DNA of 64,000 bases, from IMG/VR virus record IMGVR_UViG_3300031951_021468; one strand, written 5' to 3'. The notes beneath the pieces were generated by a model. That model was given only the letters and a program-made list of their open reading frames with translations. It was not told the origin of the DNA and searched no databases. Position 1 is the stretch's first letter. The number at the start of each line of letters is the position of its first letter. Shown here in pieces: positions 40,142 to 48,989 of this stretch. The position numbers and the translations under genes were made by a program. The stretch comes from an uncultured virus (IMG/VR IMGVR_UViG_3300031951_021468) (taxonomy: Duplodnaviria > Heunggongvirae > Uroviricota > Caudoviricetes).

Positions 40142-41025
40142 TTTTGAGCCCAGTCTAATAATCGAGGATCAACTTTTTCGCCACTTTGATGAGCAGAAAG
40201 TATCTGTTGCTTATGATGAATATCCCAGTCAGGCGTCGAATAAACACCTAAAAGATTATCTCCCCAGTCAAAATTTACCGCTGGTATAACATCCCAGTTT
40301 AAATGATCAACATATTCGGGGAAAATTCCAACACTTTCGTGATGCACATTTCCCCAGTTTTTTGACTGAGCAAAATCTGGTATTTTAACGCCGTGATATC
40401 CCTTGCCTTTAATAAGATTAAAAACATCATGCATGTGATAAGCTGGGTTAGATTCATCGCCTTCTAAATACTCAGTAGTATCAAAAATATTCAAAGGCTT
40501 TTGAGGATGCCCAATAAAAAGCCTGCCTGGCATTTTGTAATTCTTGGGGCGGACAATCTCGTCACCATCAACATATTCTGTGTTAATCCAAAAATCTTCT
40601 TCTGGGTCGTATCCCAGCGATCTTAAATATTCCCGCATCTCTCCATGTGTTGCATGGCGATCTTTTATACGATAGTTTTTAAGCTCACCATTCGGATATA
40701 ATTCTTCATCAGTAGGATAGCCATATCCCATTTGTTTCAAAAGTGCAACGTCCGTGCCCCGATGATATCGAAAGTGAGAATATGGCTCGTGATCCTCAGC
40801 CCATTTGTCAAGAGAAAAACCCGATTGCGCTCCTGAAGCTGGAATGTAATTTTGTGCTACAGCTGGATTATTTGCTGTCCATATAATGTTATCATATGCG
40901 CCGCCTTTAAGCGGACCTTCAAAGTTTTCAGCCGTGCCGTGGAAAAAAGTGTCTTGCATAATCGAAGACAAATCGCGATTGTAACGCGATTTGTTCAATG
41001 ACTCAGATGCTGACCTATACCACAC
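40138..41025 (-). CDS. MWY-tagged protein, ADP-ribosyltransferase-like
   Basis: MWYRSAS; FFHGT...IWTANNP.VAQNY...KGYHGVKI. Confidence 0.6.
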   Translation of the reverse strand: MWYRSASESLNKSRYNRDLSSIMQDTFFHGTAENFEGPLKGGAYDNIIWTANNPAVAQNYIPASGAQSGFSLDKWAEDHEPYSHFRYHRGTDVALLKQMGYGYPTDEELYPNGELKNYRIKDRHATHGEMREYLRSLGYDPEEDFWINTEYVDGDEIVRPKNYKMPGRLFIGHPQKPLNIFDTTEYLEGDESNPAYHMHDVFNLIKGKGYHGVKIPDFAQSKNWGNVHHESVGIFPEYVDHLNWDVIPAVNFDWGDNLLGVYSTPDWDIHHKQQILSAHQSGEKVDPRLLDWAQN

Positions 41026-41061
41026 ATTAAATGAATTCGGCGTGGTGGCAAAACAGCCCTT

Positions 41062-41382
41062 TCAGTCTTGAACTTTGATAACCTTACCGTAAATCTTGTT
41101 TAAAGTGGTCCAGCCATTAATTTTTCCATGATTGTTGCCAATCTGATAAATATAATCATCGCCTTCTTGCTTTTTGGCCTTAATTAAATGCGTGTAATAG
41201 TATGAGCCAACTTTGCAAAACACTGCATCCCCGACTTGAATGTCATCGTGACTAAGCACAGGTGAATACGTGCATTTTTGTCTATGTTTGATTTTCGGGG
41301 TCATAGAATTTCCGCTTTCTCTAAAGCTGACGTTTTCGCCAGACCTTAACCGCTCAATATACGCTTCTCTGCCGTGTGCCAT
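41062..41382 (-). CDS. S24/S26 peptidase-like protein
   Basis: ESGNSMTP, GDAVFCKV, THLIKA, IGNNHG. Confidence 0.65.
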   Translation of the reverse strand: MAHGREAYIERLRSGENVSFRESGNSMTPKIKHRQKCTYSPVLSHDDIQVGDAVFCKVGSYYYTHLIKAKKQEGDDYIYQIGNNHGKINGWTTLNKIYGKVIKVQD

Positions 41383-41400
41383 TTTTACTTCAATTTAAAT

Positions 41401-41772
41401 TCAATTGGGGGGTAATGCTTCAAGTCCGTTATAAAGAGTTTCGCCTTTGTGCCAAAGTTCTGTCCCGTCAGGAAACTTTAATACAGTATGGCCATCGATA
41501 ACTTCTGTGGTGTAGCTGTCGTCAGTCGGGGAACTCGAAAGCCACTCCAACTGACTATTATACATAAGAAAATACATTGGAATGCTATCAAATTCAACCC
41601 AAGAGGCGGTGTATCCCCGTCTAGTGCAGGGATACACTTTGCCCCATTTGTGATCGACATTATCAACCCTAATTACTTTGCCCATGGTCCCCGCAGGAAT
41701 CATAATTTCCTTTGTCACCTGGGCATCGTATCTTGTCTTTACTCTATCACCAATAGAGTATTTGGACTTCAT
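41401..41772 (-). CDS. SH3-like hypothetical protein
   Basis: KYSIGDRVK...GTMGKVIRV...WVEFD. Confidence 0.55.
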   Translation of the reverse strand: MKSKYSIGDRVKTRYDAQVTKEIMIPAGTMGKVIRVDNVDHKWGKVYPCTRRGYTASWVEFDSIPMYFLMYNSQLEWLSSSPTDDSYTTEVIDGHTVLKFPDGTELWHKGETLYNGLEALPPN

Positions 41773-43862
41773 GCCATGTACTCCGATGCGATAGTTTCAA
41801 GCATTTGAGGGGTGTCATTTTCCACAGAGAAAACGACATCGGCCTCTTCAGGCGAGTCAACGATCACGCCTCTAGCAGACGCATGAATTCTAAGCAGATC
41901 ATACATATTGGGCTTGTTTAGGCTAGTCATTGACTGCAATGTTGCATTAATGCCCCTCTTATTGCCCTCAACATGATTGGCCGAGAAGTTATTATGCTTT
42001 AATGACAAATCGCACCAAATAACTTGTCTTTCAACCACGTCGATGATCAGCGGCACAGCAATGCGCATGTCAGCGGTGATATCAAACCTGTTCTGAACAG
42101 TCTTGGGTTCAAAAATTTCCCCCGACTGAGGACTTTCGCGCAGCATCCAGCCAGCAAAGCACTCAGGAAGTTCGACGAAATTTTCGCCCCTATACACATT
42201 GAGAGTCATAACAATATATCGCGCACCAGACTCAGCAATCTTAGACAAAGAAATGTCTATAAACTCACTGGCTCCATCGGGAGCGTCAACGATATCCCCG
42301 CTATGACAACCACCCAATCCTCGCAAATTGTAGTAAGACAAAACATCAATGTAGTTAAAATCCTTGTCGAATGTCGAAGCCGATAAGTCAATGTCCGTGC
42401 GGCCATTGCCGTTTATCCACCAAACAAAGAATCTCAATGTGTCCTTGTTGCTTTCCAAATCAACTTTGCTACCGCGAACAAGAGTTTTTAAAGCCTTCGA
42501 TGCTGATCGTTGAGAAAACGGAAGCAAATAATTCTTTAAGCCTTCATCCACATAAACATTTCCGAGCGACGGCATTGCGGAAAATCTTTGTGACAGAGCT
42601 TCTTCGCAAGTTCTTACAAATGCAAAACAAATCGCTTCAGAAATGACAGGGAGATCATTGTCAATCATCTTTGCTTTTGCTACATTTCCCTTAGGGAAGA
42701 AAACACGAAGCTTAGATTCATTGTTTCTTGAAGCAAAGTGCTGTCGCACTTGCAAAAGAACGGGAGTTGATATTTGCTCAACAACACTAGAAAACGCAGA
42801 CACGATTTCCACACGCTGATCAAATGTTGAAATTCTCACCAAGTGGTCTAATCGGCGGGCAAGTTCTCCAGGTCGCTTAACCAACTTTCTTACGGCTGTG
42901 CTAATGTCCCGATCAAGCAATGACTTTTCAACCACACTATTAAATGTTTCTACTTTTTCATTGTTGCGAAGAATTCTAAAAGCTTCATAGGCCTTGGGGA
43001 ATCTGTCTGCATATTCGCCAACGTGAAGTTTTTCGCCAAGGCGAATCCAACGATTCTTCCACTTTAGCATGTCCTCAACGGGATGTACTGTCCTTGAAAG
43101 CAATGACAATAAAAGAGCCCTCTCTGATCGCTTGAAATTTCTAAATTTGCAAGCCTTAGCCAAAGAAACATCACCATTGGACATTGCTACTGCCAATCTT
43201 AATACATCCGTGGGAGTACTAAAATATCTAAACAAATATTCTGTGGCAACATCAGGAGATTCGACCAAAAACATGATCAAGTTTGCAACGTAAGCGCGAT
43301 TTTCCTTCTGAGGAATTTCAGAAGGCATCATGTCAATATCCAGTCCGTAATATCTAAGATACCAATCAATGTCTTCCTTATCCTGAGCCGACAGTGACGT
43401 ATTGGAACCTAAAATTTGAGCAAACAATGACTTGAATTCTTCTTCGTTTCCCAAATCAATTACCGTAAGATTTGAGTCTTCGGCAATGGGAAGCCGCTCT
43501 TTCTTTCTGTATTCGGGCATGATGGTCCCTGAAGACCAATAATGTATCATTGCATTGATAAAAAGCTCTGCTTCGCTCGCTTCCATTACTTGATCGGGGA
43601 AATTGGGATACATCGGATTGTAATCACGATGTGCTCCACGAGCATATCGAAAGATCGGCATAAAGTTGTCATAGAAATCAGACAGCTGCTTTAGGGACAA
43701 TCCCTGAAGAGCCTCAAAAAGATTCTTCGAGAATGTATAACCAAGGGTCTCTACATTTTTGACAATAGATGCAACATGTGCAACGTTGGTGACAGAATCA
43801 CTTTGAGCAACATACGGAACACAAATCTTGTTCCGTCTTCGGATATAAATTGAGTTATTCAT
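41769..43862 (-). CDS. 697-aa protein: long helical N-region + C-terminal TerD-like domain (possible divergent TROVE/Ro-type RNP protein)
   Basis: PMYPNFP.QVM, TPTDVLRLA, RPGELARRLDHL; TerD-like DIDLSA, HSGDIVDAPDGASEFID. Confidence 0.7.
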   Translation of the reverse strand: MNNSIYIRRRNKICVPYVAQSDSVTNVAHVASIVKNVETLGYTFSKNLFEALQGLSLKQLSDFYDNFMPIFRYARGAHRDYNPMYPNFPDQVMEASEAELFINAMIHYWSSGTIMPEYRKKERLPIAEDSNLTVIDLGNEEEFKSLFAQILGSNTSLSAQDKEDIDWYLRYYGLDIDMMPSEIPQKENRAYVANLIMFLVESPDVATEYLFRYFSTPTDVLRLAVAMSNGDVSLAKACKFRNFKRSERALLLSLLSRTVHPVEDMLKWKNRWIRLGEKLHVGEYADRFPKAYEAFRILRNNEKVETFNSVVEKSLLDRDISTAVRKLVKRPGELARRLDHLVRISTFDQRVEIVSAFSSVVEQISTPVLLQVRQHFASRNNESKLRVFFPKGNVAKAKMIDNDLPVISEAICFAFVRTCEEALSQRFSAMPSLGNVYVDEGLKNYLLPFSQRSASKALKTLVRGSKVDLESNKDTLRFFVWWINGNGRTDIDLSASTFDKDFNYIDVLSYYNLRGLGGCHSGDIVDAPDGASEFIDISLSKIAESGARYIVMTLNVYRGENFVELPECFAGWMLRESPQSGEIFEPKTVQNRFDITADMRIAVPLIIDVVERQVIWCDLSLKHNNFSANHVEGNKRGINATLQSMTSLNKPNMYDLLRIHASARGVIVDSPEEADVVFSVENDTPQMLETIASEYMA

Positions 43863-43866
43863 GATT

Positions 43867-43930
43867 TTGGAAAGCGGTGGAGCTGATTATCTACCAATGA
43901 ATTTTTAGAAGGAAGCTCCACCATAGCCAA
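43867..43930 (-). ncRNA. Structured small RNA copy 2 (Y-RNA-like hairpin)
   Basis: TTGG-CTA-TGGTGGAGCT-TCCTTCTAAAAATT...AGCTCCACCG-CTTT-CCAA. Confidence 0.7.
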
Positions 43931-43938
43931 TATATTTT

Positions 43939-44025
43939 ACGGAAATTAATCACCCTAGTTTTCTATGGAGTAGCTCGCCTGGCGGCAAGCCGATAATTTT
44001 TAGAAGGAAGGATGATCGTAGCCGT
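43939..44025 (-). ncRNA. Structured small RNA copy 1 (Y-RNA-like hairpin)
   Basis: ACGG-CTA-CGATCATCCT-TCCTTCTAAAAATT...AGGGTGATTA-ATTT-CCGT; CGTATTA promoter box 5 nt upstream. Confidence 0.7.
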
Positions 44026-44064
44026 ATCTTTAATACGAATGAAAATCTCAAAAAGTTTCTTGTT

Positions 44065-44478
44065 TTAGAATTTTGTTGAAAAATTAATTTTTATGTCCGT
44101 GCCATTTTCGCGTGAAAAGGCTCCCGAGCGCTCTCTGCGAAAAAATTGGATTTCCAACTTGGTATTAACCGACCCAAAACCATAAGTAAACCCAAAGTTT
44201 TGACGATCATTCCAGGAGTAATTGGAGCCAGAATCCTCAAAGAACATTGACAGTCTTCCGCCACCGAAGCCAAAGCCATAATCCGATCTAAATCTGTATT
44301 GGCTTGGTGCCTCCCATATATCTGCGCCAAGAGGATGCACACTGTTCCATGTGATAGAAAGCCCCTCTCTGGACTGGAAAGAATAATTCATTTCAAGTTT
44401 GTCTTTTGGTAAAAACGAATTTTGTGAAAAAGACAAACTTGAAAGACCAATGACTAGAGTGAATAAAAATGATCGCAT
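44065..44478 (-). CDS. Secreted / outer-membrane beta-strand protein
   Basis: Signal peptide MRSFLFTLVIGLSSLSFSQ; alternating beta pattern; C-terminal Phe. Confidence 0.6.
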   Translation of the reverse strand: MRSFLFTLVIGLSSLSFSQNSFLPKDKLEMNYSFQSREGLSITWNSVHPLGADIWEAPSQYRFRSDYGFGFGGGRLSMFFEDSGSNYSWNDRQNFGFTYGFGSVNTKLEIQFFRRERSGAFSRENGTDIKINFSTKF

Positions 44479-44545
44479 AGAGTTATTATACTGCGATAGC
44501 ATTTGTATAACTTTTAATTTTGTCGTACAAATGCTATCTTTTTAA

Positions 44546-45349
44546 TTACAGGCTCCAACGAGCGCCTTTGCGCCGAAGGCCTAGCAAATCACGATTCAAA
44601 ATCGCTTCATGCATTCTGAAATACGGAGTGGTGTCAATTTGTTTCTTGCCTTCCTTAGGCGGCAAGATCAGGCAACACTCTTCCCAAATCAACTCCATGT
44701 CACTGGCCGATGGGTGCCAGTGCGCAAAAATAGTATCTTCTCCGTCAGAGTAAAAGATAGCATCTTCATCGGCATGCGCAATTTCTCTGCCCATTATATC
44801 ATAAAACTTAATATCTTTTCTTTTTCCAAGGATGTTGATAAGTTTTTCTAAGTCGTAAAAACGTTCAGTATACATACCGCTTGCATCCAAAACAATTGGT
44901 TGTGGCAACGGTTTCAGGTTAATATCAAAAAAATACCCACCACTATACGTTACTAGATCATCTTTACTTACTTTGCCACCCGTAAAAGCAGTAAATGGAT
45001 TATCAACCACAGCCTGCCTAAAGTTATCATAGTTAAACACACTTTTTCTTTCAGACATAGGCAAAAAGGCCCAATAACTTGAATCAATTCTTCCATCAAT
45101 ATTTGATTTAGTCGAATAACCTTCTCCTGAGTTGATAAATTTTTCAATATCCGACAGATGAGCAATGCCTTCGGTAGTTGAAGACTTGGGTATGTCAACT
45201 CTAATAATATAATCGCCCTGTGAATCAATGATTGAATTTTGAACCAGTCGGTATGCATGCAAATCAAGATGTCCCAAAGGCACAATCTCTAGTTCGGATT
45301 CAACGTGGACGACAGACTTGCTGCTATAAGTTTGTTTTTGTTTTAGCAT
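44546..45349 (-). CDS. Hypothetical protein
   Basis: 267-aa ORF. Confidence 0.6.
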   Translation of the reverse strand: MLKQKQTYSSKSVVHVESELEIVPLGHLDLHAYRLVQNSIIDSQGDYIIRVDIPKSSTTEGIAHLSDIEKFINSGEGYSTKSNIDGRIDSSYWAFLPMSERKSVFNYDNFRQAVVDNPFTAFTGGKVSKDDLVTYSGGYFFDINLKPLPQPIVLDASGMYTERFYDLEKLINILGKRKDIKFYDIMGREIAHADEDAIFYSDGEDTIFAHWHPSASDMELIWEECCLILPPKEGKKQIDTTPYFRMHEAILNRDLLGLRRKGARWSL

Positions 45350-45484
45350 AACTTTTATATGCTAATGGAATCTCAAAAATGGGGGATTTTTTAAGGAGAA
45401 ATTTGAAGCCGTGGGCTTTCCCGCTATCTATCGCAAAATCGAAGCATACATGAGCGCAAATTACGGATTGTCTAATCTTTGGTT

Positions 45485-46270
45485 TCATAATGTCAATATT
45501 AAGGGGCCATTTTCTGTAATTGCCACGGTGTGTTCCCAGTGAGCCGAATGAGAGCCATCAGAAGTATATATCGTCCAAGGATCAAGCTTGTCTTTCGTAA
45601 TATCACCCGATCCCATTGTAAAAATAGGTTCTATACAGAATGTCATTCCTGGCACAATATTTACCCCCGAATCTCCTTCTTCATAAGAATTAAGAATCTG
45701 TATTCCTAGCTCATGTAATTCTTGACCTATCGAGTGACCGCAAGCCGCAGATACCACGCCGAAGTTTTTTTTATCGGCCATTTTCTGAATATGCTTTCCA
45801 ATGTCGCTTGTTTTTTTTATGTCTCCTGACATAATTTTTTCAATCGTTGACAAAAGTGCCAAGTGTGTATATTCAGATAGTATTTTTGACTCTTTGTATT
45901 CATCACTGTCATTGTCTTCTACTACGATAGTGATAGCCGCATCGGCATACCAATAAGCTTTAGATATAGCCATGTCCAAGGTTACAATATCCCCCTTTTT
46001 TATCGTATAGTCGGAGGGCGGGGCGTGAATAATTTGATTATTAACTGAAATACAAGTTGCATGCTGGTAAACATGATCGGAAAATCGGGGCTTAAATCCC
46101 TTTAATGCGGCCACTGCACCACAACTCTTAACATACGATTCTCCTATAGAATCAATTTCCAAGGTTGTGATACCTGGCACCACTGACTCTTTCATGATTT
46201 TAAGGGCATCGGCTAAAATGGCCCCAGTGATAAACATCTTTGAAATTTCTTGTTTCGTTTTTAATCTCAT
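45485..46270 (-). CDS. map: Methionine aminopeptidase type I
   Basis: CISVNNQIIH, DIVTLD, ADAA, CGHSIG..LHE, IEPI, SAHWEHTVAIT. Confidence 0.95.
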   Translation of the reverse strand: MRLKTKQEISKMFITGAILADALKIMKESVVPGITTLEIDSIGESYVKSCGAVAALKGFKPRFSDHVYQHATCISVNNQIIHAPPSDYTIKKGDIVTLDMAISKAYWYADAAITIVVEDNDSDEYKESKILSEYTHLALLSTIEKIMSGDIKKTSDIGKHIQKMADKKNFGVVSAACGHSIGQELHELGIQILNSYEEGDSGVNIVPGMTFCIEPIFTMGSGDITKDKLDPWTIYTSDGSHSAHWEHTVAITENGPLILTL

Positions 46271-46384
46271 TACACTTTCCTTGTACAATTTTTAAAACAG
46301 AAAAGGCGCGTTTAACGTCTGCGCCAAGACGACAATTTTATAGGAGGAATCGAATTTACGATAATATGTAAAAATAATTGAAAA

Positions 46385-47547
46385 TCACGAAGGTGTTAGA
46401 ACGCATTACACATAAACACATAATGTGAATATCACTCTGAAAGTGAAACTCAATACAAATGAGATTCATCATAGTGCGCTTCTGCGCACTATGAATACTT
46501 TCAATGATGTTTGTAATGAGCTTTCAACAATAGCTCATTCAACAGAAACTTATAATAAAGTTCAATTGCAAAGAAATGCATATCATGGGATGCGTGAAAC
46601 GCATCCAAGCTTCTCTTCTCAATTAATAATAAGGGCTATTGATGTGGTTACCGCTACATATAAAAAGAAAAGAAGCAAAAATCCAAATTACTTCAAAAAG
46701 ACTTCTGCTGTCGTCTACGACGACAGAGTAATCACTTTTAAAGGAACTGATTTAGTTAATATCTGGACTAATGATGGAAGAATCAATATCCCAATCCAAA
46801 TATACGACAAAGAACGCTTCAAATATAGAAAGGGGCAAGTTGATTTAGTTTATCAAAATGGCAAGTTCTATCTTCTTTGTACTTTAGAAATTCCAACAGA
46901 ATCAGCCTATAACGCCAAAGACGTTATAGGAATAGACTTAGGAGTGAAACAAATCGCTGTAAGTTCTTTAGGAGATGTGTTCTCGGGAGAACACATCGAG
47001 AAGAAAAGAAAACAATATCACTCTCATCGACAAAGATTGCAGAAGCGTGGAACACGCTCTGCAAAAAGAAGAATCAAGAAATGTGGACAAAAAGAATCCA
47101 GATTTAGAAAAGACACAAATCACGTCATTTCAAAACTTTTAGTAACAAAAGCAAAGGCACTCGGATATGCGTTGGCTCTCGAAGAGCTAACGCATATCAA
47201 CAAAAGAGTAACGGTCAGGCGAGTGAATAGAAGTCAAAGAATGAGTTGGGCATTCGCCCAACTCAGAAGCTACATTACTTACAAAGCTGAACTCTATGGA
47301 GTTCCTTTAGCTATTGTTCCTGCTCACTACACGTCTGCGACGTGTAGTGAGTGCGGATATTGTGAAAAAGCCAATAGAAAAAGTCAAACTGTGTTTCTCT
47401 GCATGTCCTGCGGACACACGGAGAATGCAGACTTTAATGCCAGTAAGAATATAGGTTCTTTAGGGGAGCAGTCAACCTCCCTATTGTTCGCTCAGCCGAA
47501 GGCTGAGCTTGTAGCAAGCCACACGCCTTGTGCGTGTGGTAGTTGAC
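46385..47547 (+). mobile_element. tnpB-only (IS1341-like) element; left end approximate
   Basis: No tnpA nearby; right-end hairpin CCACACGC-CTTGT-GCGTGTGG then TAGTTGAC. Confidence 0.7.
46425..47546 (+). CDS. tnpB: TnpB RNA-guided endonuclease (IS200/IS605 family)
   Basis: RuvC-I GIDLG, RuvC-II ALEEL, Zn ribbon CSECG/CMSCG, RuvC-III NADFNA. Confidence 0.93.
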   Translation: MNITLKVKLNTNEIHHSALLRTMNTFNDVCNELSTIAHSTETYNKVQLQRNAYHGMRETHPSFSSQLIIRAIDVVTATYKKKRSKNPNYFKKTSAVVYDDRVITFKGTDLVNIWTNDGRINIPIQIYDKERFKYRKGQVDLVYQNGKFYLLCTLEIPTESAYNAKDVIGIDLGVKQIAVSSLGDVFSGEHIEKKRKQYHSHRQRLQKRGTRSAKRRIKKCGQKESRFRKDTNHVISKLLVTKAKALGYALALEELTHINKRVTVRRVNRSQRMSWAFAQLRSYITYKAELYGVPLAIVPAHYTSATCSECGYCEKANRKSQTVFLCMSCGHTENADFNASKNIGSLGEQSTSLLFAQPKAELVASHTPCACGS

Positions 47548-47567
47548 GATATTCCCAAGCGTCCTTG
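47400..47567 (+). ncRNA. Predicted TnpB omegaRNA (scaffold overlapping the tnpB 3' end, guide from 47548); 5' boundary approximate
   Basis: Established TnpB architecture; terminal hairpin visible. Confidence 0.55.
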
Positions 47568-47804
47568 GTTGATTCGAGCGCAAATCTAATTGGCTTTTTT
47601 AAAGAAGAAAGCCAAAACTTCTTTTCTTCTCGCCTCGGCGATCATATGACTATTGAACTTTCATTCAATGTCCCAGAGCATCGGTTCCGAGGATTACATC
47701 GTATGAGTCTCCCAGCAGAACTTAAATCTGACCAAGAACCCCTGTTGGATTGGGACTCATTTAGGATTCAACTAACAAAATGTTAGTCATTAAAATTTAA
47801 TGTG

Positions 47805-48790
47805 GGAGTTTCAATTTGTAGACTAAAAACTGATTTGTGACGGCTTTTTAGGAGTACAGCACACTTGCGATGTGCTTTGCCTAATTGTCCACTACTGTTG
47901 CCAGCAGTACCTTCACACAGCGGCCTTTTTATACTGGTGGCTTTTCCAGTTTAATGTTAATCTTCTACGTGATCTTCTTGCCGCCGACATTTTACTGCCG
48001 TGAATATCCGCTAAGATACTACGTCTTGAATCCTACGATACATCTTAGACTTGCCATCTTCGATGCTCCTGACTGTCCCACACTCAGGAAATACGCTGCT
48101 TTCAATTAACACAGGACGCGACTTTTGCATTTTTAATAAACAATTGGACTTGAACCAATAATCTACTGTTCAGATAACAGTGCTGTACCATTCAGCTATG
48201 TTTGCAACTTCACGCGAGACGTGCGCGTCCAGCCACTTCATATTGCTTTACAATACAAAATATGACACGCCTCATGTCTTTCACCCTGCTAGGTTACTCA
48301 ACGCGATTTCAAGACTAATACGGCATTGAAGTCCATCTTCTCCGCCTCGCCTTTCATCGTGCTATATAGCCCTTGGCTGCTTAAACCTCGGACAAATATA
48401 ACTACCCTTCGCTCCTTAGATGTCGATGGCTTGCGTGGGCATTGCCGCTTGCAACGGCGATCAAACTGTTATCTACACGGTTGCCTCGATAACGCTGACT
48501 CTTCTCCCTCCATCTTCCACCATATCTCCAGGTTTTGGGCCTGAAGCTCACAGGTGCTGGGCTTGCATGGTTGACCTTTCTTAAGAAAGGCGAGAGACCG
48601 TGAAGTGGCCTGATCTCTTTCTGCACTTTGCAGTGCGATATCTATCGACGCCATGCCGCCGAGAAAAGCTACGATCTGGATTGGTTACCAGATGAAATGA
48701 GTTTCCTCTATCGGGGAGATGCAAACCTAGCTCATTTCTACCATCTGCTCTCGCACGTCTTTCCGTGCCGTCGCAGCTTTTCTCAAACCT
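47805..48790 (-). ncRNA. GOLLD-like large structured RNA; boundaries approximate
   Basis: ~1 kb with no credible ORF and many stems; segments GAGTAA...GAAAGACATGAGGCGTGTCATATT, GCAAAAGTC, GCCACC...AAAAAGGC, GTACT...AGTGGA resemble GOLLD as I recall it; internal tRNA-like insert. Confidence 0.72.
48135..48205 (-). tRNA. Degenerate tRNA-like element embedded in the GOLLD-like RNA
   Basis: D arm GCTG-AATGGTA-CAGC, ACTGT-TATCTGA-ACAGT arm, T arm ATTGG-TTCAAGT-CCAAT; imperfect acceptor, no CCA. Confidence 0.6.
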
Positions 48791-48989
48791 CTATAAAATT
48801 TTCAATTTGCTTTTCAGATCGTTTTGGCTCTTTTCAATTCGTCTTACACTACTTATAACGATTGGCCAAAGAAAATGTTGCAGCTTTTTTGTCTTTTTTC
48901 AAAAAAAGTTTTTTTTAAATGAAATTGAACCTACAATGAGCATCGACAAAACAGGGAAAGAGATTCAAAGAGTGTAAAAAAGAATTATC

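Noticed and set aside
47565..47790. ORF after tnpB, and a DVILGTDAL aspartic-protease-like string on the minus strand
   Set aside because: The minus frame has several stops and the plus ORF has no support; too weak to call.
47885..48977. Short ORFs on both strands
   Set aside because: They overlap the structured GOLLD-like RNA, have atypical composition and show no motifs.
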